NCBI GenBank assembly: GCA_023920165.1
Contig: CP089275.1
Location: 5,146,001 to 5,210,000 of the forward strand
Direction of reading: 5' to 3'
DNA from: Curvularia clavata
Taxonomy: Eukaryota
Length of the DNA stretch: 64,000 nucleotides
Shown here: piece after piece, positions 14,001-25,953 of the stretch
Numbering within the stretch: the stretch's first letter is position 1
Layout of the letters: every line of letters starts with the position of its first letter
Program-made: the position numbers and the translations under genes
Notes under the pieces: model-generated
Told to the model about the DNA's origin: nothing
Seen by the model: only the letters and a program-made list of their open reading frames with translations
Database searches by the model: none

Positions 14001-14703
14001 CCAGCTTGCGTAGGAGCTGTCTTATCGTTTTATTTTGTTGAGCCAGCTCCTTCCTGATCAGAGACTTCTGGAGGAACTCCACAGACTCCTTGAGACTCAT
14101 TGACCCCAGGGGTAGGATGTCTTGCTTCGGAAATGTTTTTGTTGCAATCCTTCCTTCGATTGACGGGTGGAAGGTAATCAATGTCATGCCCTTCTTACTC
14201 TGAGGTATGTAGCCGAGAAGCTCGCCCTGGTACACGTCCGCATGGTCAAGCACTACTAGCCATTGACCTGCTTCATCAGAGCTGAGATATTCCCTCACGA
14301 CGGCCTTGGCGTCATTTCCACTTATGTCTGCCTGGTTTGTTTGCAGCTCTGCTAAAACATCTTTACAGGCCCGTCCGAAACTGTCCCTGCTCCATGCAGG
14401 TATCCAAAAGATTGAGACAGCGGGCATGGTGTCTTTCACTACGTGTGCAAACTGCAAGGCAATCTGTGTCTTGCCCGTTCCACTCGGCCCAACGATAGCT
14501 GTTCTGCTTTCATGGTTCGTGAGCAGCCTTTGGCTAAGTATCTCGAGCTCGTTTTTTCTGCCGACAAAATTAGGATTCTTGGCGAACGGTAAGACGTAGC
14601 GTGCTTTGTGGGCAGTGGTGTGAGTTTGGGCGTTGAACATGCCAGGCGACCGAGAAAGCGAGTTTGGCGAATTGTAGTATTTCGAGACTGGTGACATCGA
14701 CAT
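11018..14703 (-). CDS. NB-ARC + short TPR protein fused to an uncharacterised C-terminal domain with terminal TM helices (~1190 aa; introns 12145-12195 and 11513-11574)
   Basis: LPFAKNPNFVGR, Walker A GPSGTGKT, Walker B WLVVLDHAD, PLAIAQTAAY, DMHPVVH and kinesin-light-chain-type TPRs (EHHPHRLASQRALA). Both introns have GT..CTAA..AG and join the three ORFs in frame. Confidence 0.75.
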
Positions 14704-15103
14704 GTGAAGAGCGATTGCTGTCAATACCGACAGTCAAACTTGTAATCAAGAATAGATAGATTAAGTGACCAGGCTGAAATATATGCAGATATTTATCTAT
14801 GATGAGCGCGAGGCTGCTGACCAGCCTGGTCAATGTCTTGCAGTGGGGAACGTGGCGGAGCATCGATAGGTACTGGGGAGAACAGGAAGTAAGCTGAGAG
14901 GTTGCAGCGTTGGGTAGGCTGCAGCTCTCTTTACCCATTCAGCTCGCCTTCCCCGCTCGAGCACATCCTCACCAACAGACATGCACAATGCACATCAAGA
15001 GGATATTGCTTACATGTGGTCAGGTCGTGCCGGCAGCATATACATAACACCTTTAGGTCTAATGCCAGACGACTTCTGGAAAATTGACATGGTAGGATTA
15101 ATA

Positions 15104-16454
15104 CAGTACTAACGCATAAGTTTCGCGACACGGGCCGAATTCCGCCCCACACCAAATCTTACCCACCATGATTTCACCACTAAAATTACCACCAAAACAG
15201 CATATTTTTGAAGTCTGACAAATACATTTTGTTCCTAAATACTAGTATTTAGTTTGCCAGCCTTTTGCAGCTCGACAAGCTGCTAGACGGCGCGGCATAG
15301 AGCCAATTAGAGCCTCAATATACCTGCGTGGTATACGCCGCCAGCAGTCTTTTAGAGCCTTACAAAAACCATTCCACTCTTCCTCTGCTACGCTATAATT
15401 GTTATATTGTGGGTAGAATATATGCATGCGTTTTTTGAGAAGCCACCAAAGATGCTCAATAGGATTGAGATCTGGTGAGAAGGCTGGCCAGTCGAGTGTT
15501 GTAATCTGGTGCTCGGTAAGAAATATTTGGACGACTTGAGACGTGTGTATACGCGCGTTGTCTTGCATGAAGAGCTGATTCGGACGGTAGTGAGGGAGTA
15601 GACCTTGACGAAGGACTTTGATGTAGCTTTGGCTGGAGTAGCCACCGCGGGCGGCATTGGGATCCCTTTCCATAATGATGAGACGACTCCGGCGACCGCG
15701 CCCACGTTCATCCAGCCATATAGCTCCCCACACCATCTGTTGTGCTATTTTGCCAGCGGGTATTTCTGTTATCATTCGTCTCTTCCATTTCTCTTCTGAA
15801 TAGCGAAAACACCACTCAGTTGTGGCGCCAGAGCCCTTCTGAATGGAGCACTCGTCTGAGAACTTAATTATGTGACGACGCCAAGAAAAGCTGCGGTACT
15901 TGCGAGCGAATAGCAGACGCTTGTAGGCATGAGATGGAGTAATTTTTGGACGTTTTTTGCAGCGGTGATTGCGTATATTTTGACTTTTAAGCACTCGGTA
16001 TAATGTATCGTGGCTAGGAGGCTTCGAAAGAGTGCCATCAGGCTGCACTACAACTGCTACTTGGGCAAGCTGTTTGTATAGAATTTTTGGTGTTGCGCGT
16101 ATAGCCCGATATATAATCTTTTTCTGACGAGTCGAAAGTATATGTGGACGCTCGGATCGAGGCCTGTCACGCGTAGTGGCAGTAGTGGAGAACTTTTCTT
16201 GTAGTCGGTAGATAGTAGAGCGCGCGCGTCCAAACTTGGCTGCGACTTCTGACACTGGTACGCCCCCCTGTAACATGCCGATTGCAATATTTCGCTCGTC
16301 TACTGTCATATTTAGACCGCGCACCATCGTTTTCTGCACTCAGCGCTCGAATTAGTGCAGTGGTGGGGTGGTGGTGGGCATTCAAAGTGGTGGTGGAGGT
16401 GGTGGTTGGTGGGGTGGTTGGCGCTAGTGTCGCGAAACTTTAGCGGAGGCACTG
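15104..16454 (-). mobile_element. Tc1/impala-like DNA transposon, 1351 bp, 28-bp imperfect TIRs, TA target duplication
   Basis: Left TIR CAGTACTAACGCATAAGTTTCGCGACAC (15104-15131) versus reverse complement of the right TIR CAGTGCCTCCGCTAAAGTTTCGCGACAC (16427-16454), 22/28 identical. TA at 15102-15103 and 16455-16456. Confidence 0.92.
15242..16324 (-). CDS. Tc1-family DD34E transposase, uninterrupted ORF
   Basis: N-terminal HTH; FSDEC, FMQDNARIH and WPAFSPDLNPIE, with 34 residues between the second D and E; C-terminal GWQTKY. Confidence 0.93.
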   Translation of the reverse strand: MRGLNMTVDERNIAIGMLQGGVPVSEVAAKFGRARSTIYRLQEKFSTTATTRDRPRSERPHILSTRQKKIIYRAIRATPKILYKQLAQVAVVVQPDGTLSKPPSHDTLYRVLKSQNIRNHRCKKRPKITPSHAYKRLLFARKYRSFSWRRHIIKFSDECSIQKGSGATTEWCFRYSEEKWKRRMITEIPAGKIAQQMVWGAIWLDERGRGRRSRLIIMERDPNAARGGYSSQSYIKVLRQGLLPHYRPNQLFMQDNARIHTSQVVQIFLTEHQITTLDWPAFSPDLNPIEHLWWLLKKRMHIFYPQYNNYSVAEEEWNGFCKALKDCWRRIPRRYIEALIGSMPRRLAACRAAKGWQTKY

Positions 16455-16456
16455 TA

Positions 16457-16767
16457 TGTAAGGCTAGGGTGATCCAAACCTAAGCAAAACGTATCCAAAC
16501 AGGAGTAGTACGAGACTTATTAGGCGAAGCACGTAGCCGGCAAGCTTAGCTAAAGACAAAAGCCCAGTCATAGAGCTATACTCAGTTGGGCAAGACCTAG
16601 CAGTACCATAATACACTAAAGGACAAGGAGGGCAAGGTAAGAACATATAACTTGATTTTGAACGAGACGAGTTAATAGAGAACAATTTAATCACGTCTTA
16701 GTTTATGTCATATCACCTAAGGAAGTAGATGGAGAAAGCCAACCAGTACTGGGCGCCGGTCCTGACA
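16457..16767. mobile_element. Probable solo LTR (311 bp)
   Basis: Starts TGTAAGG and ends CCTGACA (TG..CA, 6/7 inverted termini). TpA-rich and non-coding. No target-site duplication recognised. Confidence 0.5.
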
Positions 16768-16944
16768 TATCTATCATTTCCATTCGTAAGCAAATCAGAC
16801 GCATGTTTCATTAGTATCTTTTCCGCCATCAGAGTCAGAGAAAATCACCCGTAAGCGTACTCTTTAGTCTATTATCGTTAAATCGTTTCGTTATTTGAAG
16901 CCTTCTCATAGCACCTCTAGAAAACAAAACTGGGAACAACGGCC

Positions 16945-18071
16945 TTACAACTTTCCTTTATCCTCGCCAATCTTGAACACATACTTCACCGCGCTCGCCT
17001 TGCCCTCCTTCAAATTTCTCAACCCCGTCTCTACCCCCTCCAGTCCCCCCGGCACAACCTCATACGGATGCGGCTTGAACCACCCTTCCGCTAGCGCCCT
17101 CGAAAAATACCTAAACATAATGTGCGCATAGTCCTTATCATCTGCATGCGATGCTCCCACATTCGTCATCGTCTGGTGCACAGTCTCGGGGATACCGCTG
17201 TATTCCTTTCCGGGAAGTACGAGCGTGAGGTGGCCGTCTGGCTCGAGGACTTTCACAATGTTATTGTAGGAGCCGTTCTCAGATACCGCATCGTAGGCGT
17301 AATTTAACTTTTCGCCTTTCAGTGCGTCCTTGATGCCTTGGACGACGGCGGAGTCGCCCTGGCGGTAGTCGACGATGGTGTCGCCTTTGGAGCGGTCGAT
17401 GAGGCTCTCTACAAAGGAGGTGCCGCGGCCGGCGACGGCAATGATGGGGTGGATGTTGGCCCTTTGAGCAAGCTTGATCACGAATCCGCCGACAGCTGAA
17501 GCGCCACCGTATACAACCAGTGGTACCTTTTTGCCCTCTGGGACGGGCGTCCAGGGGTCAGGCAACCCGAGACGCAGGTGCAGCCCAATTGCGGAGGTCA
17601 TGGCGGCAAGAGGGATCGTAGCTGCTTCCTCAAAGGAGATGGAGTCCGGAAGATGGAAGGTTGTGTGTTGCCAGCCAATAGCGTACTCTGCGAAACTGCC
17701 AGCAGGCGACATCATCTCGTGGAACGAAGCGACTCGGTCACCAGGCTTGAATTCGTATACTTCTGGGCCGACACTGTGGACGTAGCCGGCTATGTCGTCA
17801 CCCGTGTTGTAATTCTCTTTGTTGAGCCATTCTGGGATTTTCCTGTTTCGTGGGGTATTAGTAATTTGCAAAATGTAAAGTTGTGTAGATATATCAGATG
17901 TTTGATATTCGGTGCTTGTTGAGCATAGATGAAAAAATCATCAACATACCAGTCTTTGGGGTTGCTACCGCTGACCACGACCTTGATGAGAACTTGCTTC
18001 GGGCCAGGCTTTGGAATCTCAACATCCTTGATCGTGACCACTGGGCCTTTTGAAACCTGTGCTTCCTTCAT
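16945..18071 (-). CDS. MDR-family enoyl reductase / quinone oxidoreductase-like protein (ToxD-like); intron 17843-17949
   Basis: VLIKVVVSGSNPKDW, GDDIAG.V..VG, FEEAATIPLAAMT, VYGGASAVG NAD(P)H-binding motif, GKASAVKYV. Confidence 0.9.
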
Positions 18072-19104
18072 ATTTGTGTATTTGCGTGACTATGTGTCTG
18101 TTCTCTCTTCTTATGCAGTGAAGGCCTTTTACTGAAAAATCAAAAGGCGTCAAGAGTTATATAAAGACAGAAGAGTAGGACGAAACGTGCTTACAAATAG
18201 GTAAACACAAGCATGAGATCACTATCAACTCCCAGACAGGAGGGGCACGCTACTCCACTATCCTACAGGAAATCATCTTATTAGGTGCATATTCCCGGCC
18301 AATAGTTGTTCCAGGAGAATACGACCGACATGAGTACTAGACAATAGCACTCTATAAGCATGTTGTCTTTCGCCCATCTTCCGTCCGGTTCTAGTCCGAA
18401 GAGGGGCATGGATTCTATCCATCGATCAGGACAGTAACGCCAGATGGCGTGCGTTTAGGGTAAGAATCAACAATGGCGAATGTGGGGTCAAAGTTGCGCT
18501 AGAATGTCCTGAGGTGAAAGGCCGAGTCGATGATGTAGTTGCGTGTCGGGAGACTACTGCCGAACAGCCGAGATTGACCGACAAGGAGATATTGCCGAGT
18601 TCGACTTGAACATTACACGACCATTCGTAGTCAGGCGTGGTATGATGTGTAAACATGGCCAGTACATTAGCCGTACAGTCCTTACTCCATTACAGAGACA
18701 CAGAGAGCTGATGATTGCAAAAATTGTGAGGAAGAAAAATGCCATTAACAGACTGACATGAGAACAGTTTACGTTACACCCATGCATGACATCCACACCG
18801 AAGAACAAGAACTGAAGTCATCCCAATGCATCGCAGTGCAATTGCCAAAATAATAGAAAGCAAACCCACATCACTGCCATAGGCAGAAGGGTAGTATCCA
18901 AACGCCGACCCAACCAACCAGTTCGTTGGTGCTCCTAGATATGGGTTTTCCATGCTTAAGACCTGAGTTTGAGGAGAGAAAAGGTACTAAGACACCAGTA
19001 AGAAGCGAATAGAGAAAGGTGATAAGAGAAGGCGGCAGATGAAGCACCAAAACCAAACGGCGCCTCATCCGATTTCCAAGTTGTCTTGGTCAGTAGGAAA
19101 TAAA

Positions 19105-22100
19105 TCAACGCCAGACGCCCTTAGAGTTCGGCACTAGACTACCTCTAGCAGCAGAACCACTAGGAATGCGGACAGGTGCTCGTGAGCTCATGCTTACCGG
19201 TGCCTCACGGGGTCGGTCATCCGTATTGGCCACTGTCGTACGTCTTGCGGCGCCCTTCATAATCGGTGTGACCCGTGGACTAAGGACGCTGTGTTTCCAG
19301 TCACCGTCATGGTTGGACTTGACCATGCGACGTGCTGCGCTCACAGAGAGAAGTGAGTTCTCGTTGGGTGGGCTACCAATGGTTGCTGCTGTTGGGCTGC
19401 GGCGCCGGTGAGCACGACTGATGGGTACAGAGCCTGCGTTGGTAGACGAACGGCGCCTGATTGCATGGCTAATCTTGCGCGCATCCGATGCAGTCCACTT
19501 CTCTCCTTCAGAGCTGGAGTTGCCTCCATCAGCCTCAGCCGCAGCATCAGAAGATGCGCTCTGAACGTAGCTTAGCCCAGAACTACGGGAGTTACTGCCA
19601 ATCTCGCGCAGAGGAGATGCGCCGTCTGAGTCAGAGGCGTATGGACTGGGAATGCGCGAGTTAGGCGATCCTTCTGACCGTTTCGAAAGTGCACCAACCG
19701 CGAATCGCGATGAGCCTTTGAGGTCCACAGAAACCTTTGGTGGAGTAGGGATGGGTGAAGAGCCGCTTCCGTCTGGTCTTGGTGCGGGTGCTGTGAAGTT
19801 TGGTTGCGGCAAGTCAATCGGAGCGGTTGTTGGGATACCTTGAATGGGCTCGGGAGTCTTTTGGAATTCAGCAAGGGTGCCATTCTCAGTGTCGTCCCTC
19901 CAGCGTACTCCCCGCTTGACCTTCGTTGGCAACTTCTTCTTCATTGGAGAGAACTGGATCCCCTTCACTCCACCCATCAGCTTCTTTCGGCGTGGTGATG
20001 CTTTTGCGGGAGATGCGGTGAGATGAGACGCATCCGCCAGTGACGGTACGGCTAACGATGGCAAGGCAATTGGACGCATTGGAGAGGGCTCCATGATGTT
20101 AATCGGCTTCTTCCGCTTTGGCGTTCCTCTATGGCTTGATTCGGCAAATGCGGTGACCGGTAAACCACCATCTGGACGGATAGCTTGCGAAGTCGCATTT
20201 GTGCACGAGTTCATGATCTTGGTTAGCAGTTTGCGTGCGGCCGCAACTGCGTCAGCTTCATCCATCTGAGTGATTTGGCTCAAGATCGTAACGGTCTCAA
20301 TGTGCGCTTGGATAAGTACTTGGACAAGGGCAGCGTCGCCGCCTCGCTCTTGGTCGAGCAGGGTGTGGAAGAGTTCGCGGTCGGCATTCGACTTGAGCAG
20401 CTCGTATTCTCTTGTCAGATTAGCGGCATCACGGCCATCAGCATTGCCATCCACCTCTGCCAAACCCCTCAACCCTACTTGAAGCGCAGTGTCCATTTTA
20501 CTTGTCCAATTGGTACGCTCCAAACGTCGGTGGCAATGCTGTCTTGTCTGCTCGAGCTCCGCTGAAATTCCAACTGCAGTATCCCTCATGGCTGCGACTT
20601 GAGAGGGCATCTCCTCGTTCTCCCGGACATCCTTAATATTGTCGAACGCCGCGATCCACGAAGATATGAGCGAGATGCGCTTCTCAGCCTGCTTCAGTGT
20701 TTTGGACATGTTCAACCGCTCCCGACGCTCAGGCTCCGAATCTGCAAAGGCCTGGCGCAGGCGCACGATAGCATCTCGCAGGATTCCGTCCTTCTTCTCG
20801 CTTTGCTTCTGGTACTTAATGAACGCGCTGCCCTCAAAGTCTTTTTGCTTCTTCATCAACTCCTCAATTAGGTGTCTTTGTTCGTCGATCTTGACTAGGT
20901 AGTCTTTGACATGGCGGTTAACGTTGTAGACATTCTTGGTGACCTTCGTTTGGATGTTCTTTGCGCGGTTGGCATAACGCAATGTGTTTTGTGTCTCATC
21001 ATAATGGGCGCTTGAGGGACTGACACACACGATCATGACGGTCCGGCAATTACCTCCGAGGGAGAATTTGAGCAACCGGGTGAGCTTCGAGTTGCGGTAT
21101 GGAATGTGGTTGCGCTTCCGTGGATCACACAAGGCGTTGATACAGCTTCCTAGTGCGAGGAGAGACTTGTTGATGTTGGCACCTTCCGTTAGACGCTCTC
21201 CACGGTTCTTTGTAGCGCTCGCTCGTTCACTACCTGCCAAGTCGATGATACTGAGTGTGGCCATGGTGTGGGGCTCGTTGACAGAGGCATTGCGGTCTTT
21301 CGACGACACGTTGATTTGAAGAACGGCATGGGATCGAGACGACGTTGCGTTGGCTTCGGTAGGAGACATGGTTCGATATTCGTTGCCGCGCACAATCATA
21401 TCCATGACTTCTTGGACCTGCATATTGTTAGCAACTAAGGCAGCTTGATGTCAGTGCAACTTGACAAACATTTTGTGGCCTATGGCTCGACAAGCCCGCT
21501 ACAGAGACTGCCTGGTTCGCATCTTCTCGTAGCATCAAGGGCTGTTTACTGCCGCCCTCCACCAAAAGGTCGCGAATTGTCTCGTTGTAAATCTCCAGGT
21601 ATGAGAGTGTGATCTCGGTAACCTTCTCATCTTGTATCTCCTGGATCTTCTCGAAAAGCTCTTGCATTGTCAGGAAGATTATACCGGGCTGTTGTGATGT
21701 TCCACTGTTCGCAGGTCAGTTCCGCTCTCCCATGTCTAAACAGCGGTCTGCATTAACATACGTGATGGTATGTGTCTTTCCACAGCCTGTAGCACCATAT
21801 GCAAAGACGGTCGCATTGTACCCCTCCAGCACACTGTCTAACAAAGGCTTGGTCGTGGCCTCGTATACATCGCTCTGGGAGGTAGTGTCGTCGAAGACAC
21901 GGTCGAATGCAAACGTCTGGTCCTTTGCTCGCTTGCCCTGAGGCCCGGTTGTTGATCGTCCGAATCTGTGTATGGCGCTGTCTTCTGGGGGGTCGAATAT
22001 CCTGCAACCTTGTCAACCCAGCACATGTGTCGTATCAATGAGCTTCCGTACAAGCACTTCTCGTCCATGACTTTGATCACAGGCCGGATGCCCTTGTGAA

Positions 22101-22245
22101 TCTTGGGTGCCGGCACTCCAGCTAGCGAGCCATCGCCAAGGAAGAGAGTTTGGTCGTCATTCCTCGTCACCTGGGCCGCCTCTCGAATTGTGAAAGGGCG
22201 GACTCGTACGGTGACGGAGATGGAAGACGCGCCCGCGGCGGCCAT
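19105..22245 (-). CDS. kipB: Kinesin-8 motor (Kip3/KipB-like), multi-exon
   Basis: [22 protein letters not shown]-loop (21753-21830), [40 protein letters not shown]; long Ser/Pro-rich tail. Confidence 0.9.
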
Positions 22246-22931
22246 GATTGCGCCCTGGAGATGTGATGCTGTGGGTTAGTTGCACTGTACAGCTGTCGGG
22301 TAGCGAACAGAGAGCTGCAAGTGAAGGGGTGTGGTGTGGCTGGCCAGTGGGTTCAATGACGGTGTTCTGCTCCCCAACTTCTGTTGTCCGACGCACGGCC
22401 ACAGTAAACAGACAGGGATCTTGGAAAGGGCAACCACGACCCTGAATGCCAAGACCACCCAGCGATCTCCGCTCTCCGACGTGGCATCCACGGTCCTCTC
22501 TGCCCTGCCAACGGCCGGTCAAGACTCCACCGCATACCAAAGGCCAATTTCCTCGCCCTACACTGGTACGCTTTCATCACCATATGCTCCGTGTCCTGGA
22601 ATCACGTGTTGTTGGCCTCGTTCCCCTGAGCCATCTACATAGCAACCGGCCATACTTAAGACCAAAAGCGTAGTCGACTCGTATTACACGCGATGCACTG
22701 CAAAATCCATCAAAACACTAGACATCACTGCATAGAAAACAGGAAATAGGAGATGCGCATCTCATTCAAGCAACTACAACCATCAACATAGAAACAAACA
22801 AGCTATCAAATCATTGAATCATCGCTCTCACACCTCCTCCAACGGAGCCTGTCAGTCCTCAGCCTCCACGGCCCCCTTACACTGATCCAGCTAGTTCCGT
22901 TCTTCGGTCTGCATCAATAGCCATCAGCCAT

Positions 22932-23665
22932 CTATGCAGTGCACTTCTGCCACTGCACGTACACAACTTGAGTGAACTTGAGATCGGTAGAGTCGGTGGT
23001 GAGGAGACCAGTGGCGCTGTTGTTGGAGGTCTGCAGGCGGACCTGCGAGTTGATGTTGAGCATGCCGGTGGTGCCGCAAGGCGACCAGACAACCGACGTG
23101 CTGTCGGCAGTGTCGTGCTTGAGGTAGTCGCCGTTGACGGGACCCTCAAACTTGTACTCCGTGCTGGTCTAGAGCGAGGTTAGAGTAGTCTTACGGCACG
23201 TCAAGCTCCATGATAGACTTACCTGAGCAGTCTGACCAGAGAAGTAGTAGGTTGACTTGAGTGTGCCAGTGACACCCTTCTGGATGGCAGCGTAACCACG
23301 GTAATCGGCAGACAGGATTGAGTACTGGAAGCCTCCGGGGTACTTGATGTCGACGTTCAGCTGGCAGTTCTTGCGCTGCTCCGTAACGGCGATACCAGGG
23401 CCAATAGAAGCAATGTAAGAGTCGAAGATGAGCGTGACGACAGTCCTGTCAGCGCTGATCTGGGAGCTCATGGTTCCCTGCGGGCAGCCAGTTCCTCCAT
23501 AGCTCACCCCTCGGATAGTGACCTGTATCCTGTTAACTCCACATCCTCCGGTTTCAGTTGTATATCGAAACTTACCGAACCTGCTGGTGGGGCATCACCA
23601 GTCTCGACAGTAGGAAGAGCTGGGGCCGCGGCCACAAAGGGAATGAGAGCCAAGAACCACTTCAT
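22932..23665 (-). CDS. Secreted DUF4360-family protein, 3 exons
   Basis: Signal peptide MKWFLALIPFVAAAPA, YGGTGCPQG, TLIFDSY.A..GPG, RKNCQLN, ADYRGYA, VWSPCG, C-terminal QWQKCTA*. Confidence 0.85.
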
Positions 23666-25953
23666 GATGCCGGTTTAAATGGTAATCCTCGGAGGTTACA
23701 GAAAGTGGAGAAAGTGATATGGAAGAAGCTGCTGAGAGTGGCAGTTGAGTGACGATCTTATGGGCATATGGACCAGGTTATATACCTCTCTGCCGGCGTC
23801 TTCTCATTTCCACAAGGACGGCAGTCAGGACCGTGGCAACAGTCTTGTGGAGGATACCGATTACACACTGAGCATGATAACCGCCGCCAAGTGCCGGTTG
23901 CAATATCGAAAACGGCTGAACCGGACGCCCACCTGCTCCCATAGGACAAGGACTACTCACGCTGCTCAGCTGAGGCATTGTTTCCATTGCCAAGCTGTAG
24001 GTTGATCCTGTTATTGTGCCCATATCTCCTCTCAATGGCTGAGACTAATATCTGGGGCAGGCGATAGCGTCCTTTCACAGTGCACAAGGCTTCGAAACAC
24101 CGTGCTTGTCTGGATCAAGATGGCGTACCAGGCCTCAGACTATGCGGGCGTCAGTGGACCTGAATCTTACTCCGAGAGAGTTCTGCAGTACTCTGCTCTA
24201 CAGAATCTGATCGCCGGCAGTGCGGGACTCCGTACGTGCCCAAATCTATCGTATGGACAGATAAGGTCTTTAGATGATGGATACGAAGCAAAGGGCTTGT
24301 AACTGGCCTGGAATCCATAACTCTCCCGGGTCAGGTGATAGCTAGTGTACCAAACTTTCACCTCGCATGCTCGCTTCCGCCCCGCATTCAAATTTTCGCG
24401 GCCAGTGCAGTGGACATAGATTGGACAACGTTGAAATGAGTAAATTCTTCTGGGGTATGGGGCCGAGAATAGCAACACGGGCCTTGACGCTGGGTACCAT
24501 CATTGGGGACACTGCAGGTGGATATGCACATGGGTGACGACCTTCATCAATCGATCCCGCTGGCAATACGCCCACGGTAAAATGTACGGAATTGCGGATC
24601 CAGATTCTATGTTTGGTGGAGCCGTTCCGTGTGGGTAATGTATGGAGTATGCCAGCATGTCCATGTCAAGAAAGTGATGATAGGATTTGGATTCTTGGCA
24701 GCTAGATTAACGTTAGATTAAAGCTTGTCGCTCCGCTGCTGCTCGAGACCCTGCCTTTAATCAATACAAGCGAACACGATGTTCTGCAGGGGCACATTTG
24801 GGAGTCTGGAAACAGGTCCAAAAATAATTGCGGAAAAGCTAGTCACGATGCATGCATGCAGCATGCTGCTGCTGGATGCATGTGGCAACTGGGAAGCATG
24901 CCACAGACACCGATGTATCGTACGAGCTGAAGAACGACTACTGCCGGTTCAAGAGGAGCATATGCAGCCAGCGAGAAGGTTCTCGCCGAATAGATTGAGC
25001 GTTGATTACACAAAGTCTATCCCGACGTCGTGACCAGGGTAACAGGTCAAGCTGAATTTAGAAGGTAAAACATTTGAATCCGTCAGCCTCGAGAGGGGTG
25101 CATGTCGGTGGTTCGGTCTGATTTGGTCGCGACGAGGAGGGATGGGTTTCCCAGTATACATATAATCATGAGTAACAGAAAGCGTTGAAGAGACAGTATG
25201 TCGGAGAGAACTGATACATGTGTAGCGTCTTTCATCTACAAATCGTTCTCATTGGTTCCCCCGAGATGACCGTAAACCAGCAAGGGTGCTGTGGCTTGAA
25301 GGATGAGCGGCCAGATCCTCCCTCAAGCCGAGGCACTTCCCAACAGCAACAAGTAGTGCTAGGTAACGTTGAAGCGTAGCTTTACTCTTTGATGGTAGAT
25401 CCTGCAGGAACCCGATACCAGCTCAGAGATACGCGATAAGTGTCCTAGGAGAACTGGAGTCGAGGCTACAAGAAGGCATCTTGGGCCTTACGAGTCGGCT
25501 TGAGACGGATACCGGGTAAAAGTACCTGACAGAGCGGAGCACTGTGCGCAATTGTGCTGGGACTAGGGTTTACAACAACAGAAAGGCGACGTGTCCAGAG
25601 AGGCAGGGAGAAGGCGATGGAAAAGTTGAAGACGTGATGCTCGAAGCAAAGCTCACAGAGCAGATGTGACAGAGGTGGTGGCAGTGGCAGCTCCGATCAT
25701 CGACCCCGCCACGCACCGCCACATGTGTGGCTGAAACCGCCCCTCGATTTGTCAGTCTCAATCATGGCATCATCGCCGCGGGTGCTCGCCCGTTTTCTAA
25801 GCGGCGAACATCCCGACCCGAATGACACTCTACTTATTTCTCTCCTAATTTCCGTTTGCCTAAACAATATTCCCCACACAAAGAGCTTCGCGAATTCTGA
25901 AGTCTCTCCCACGCTCAACCTCGTAATCCTCCTCTTTCCACCCTATCTTTTCC

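Noticed and set aside
16945..18071. Enoyl reductase as part of a secondary-metabolite cluster
   Set aside because: No PKS/NRPS backbone gene in the window.
24845..24885. ATGC/GCAT palindromic run
   Set aside because: Short low-complexity sequence with no further support.
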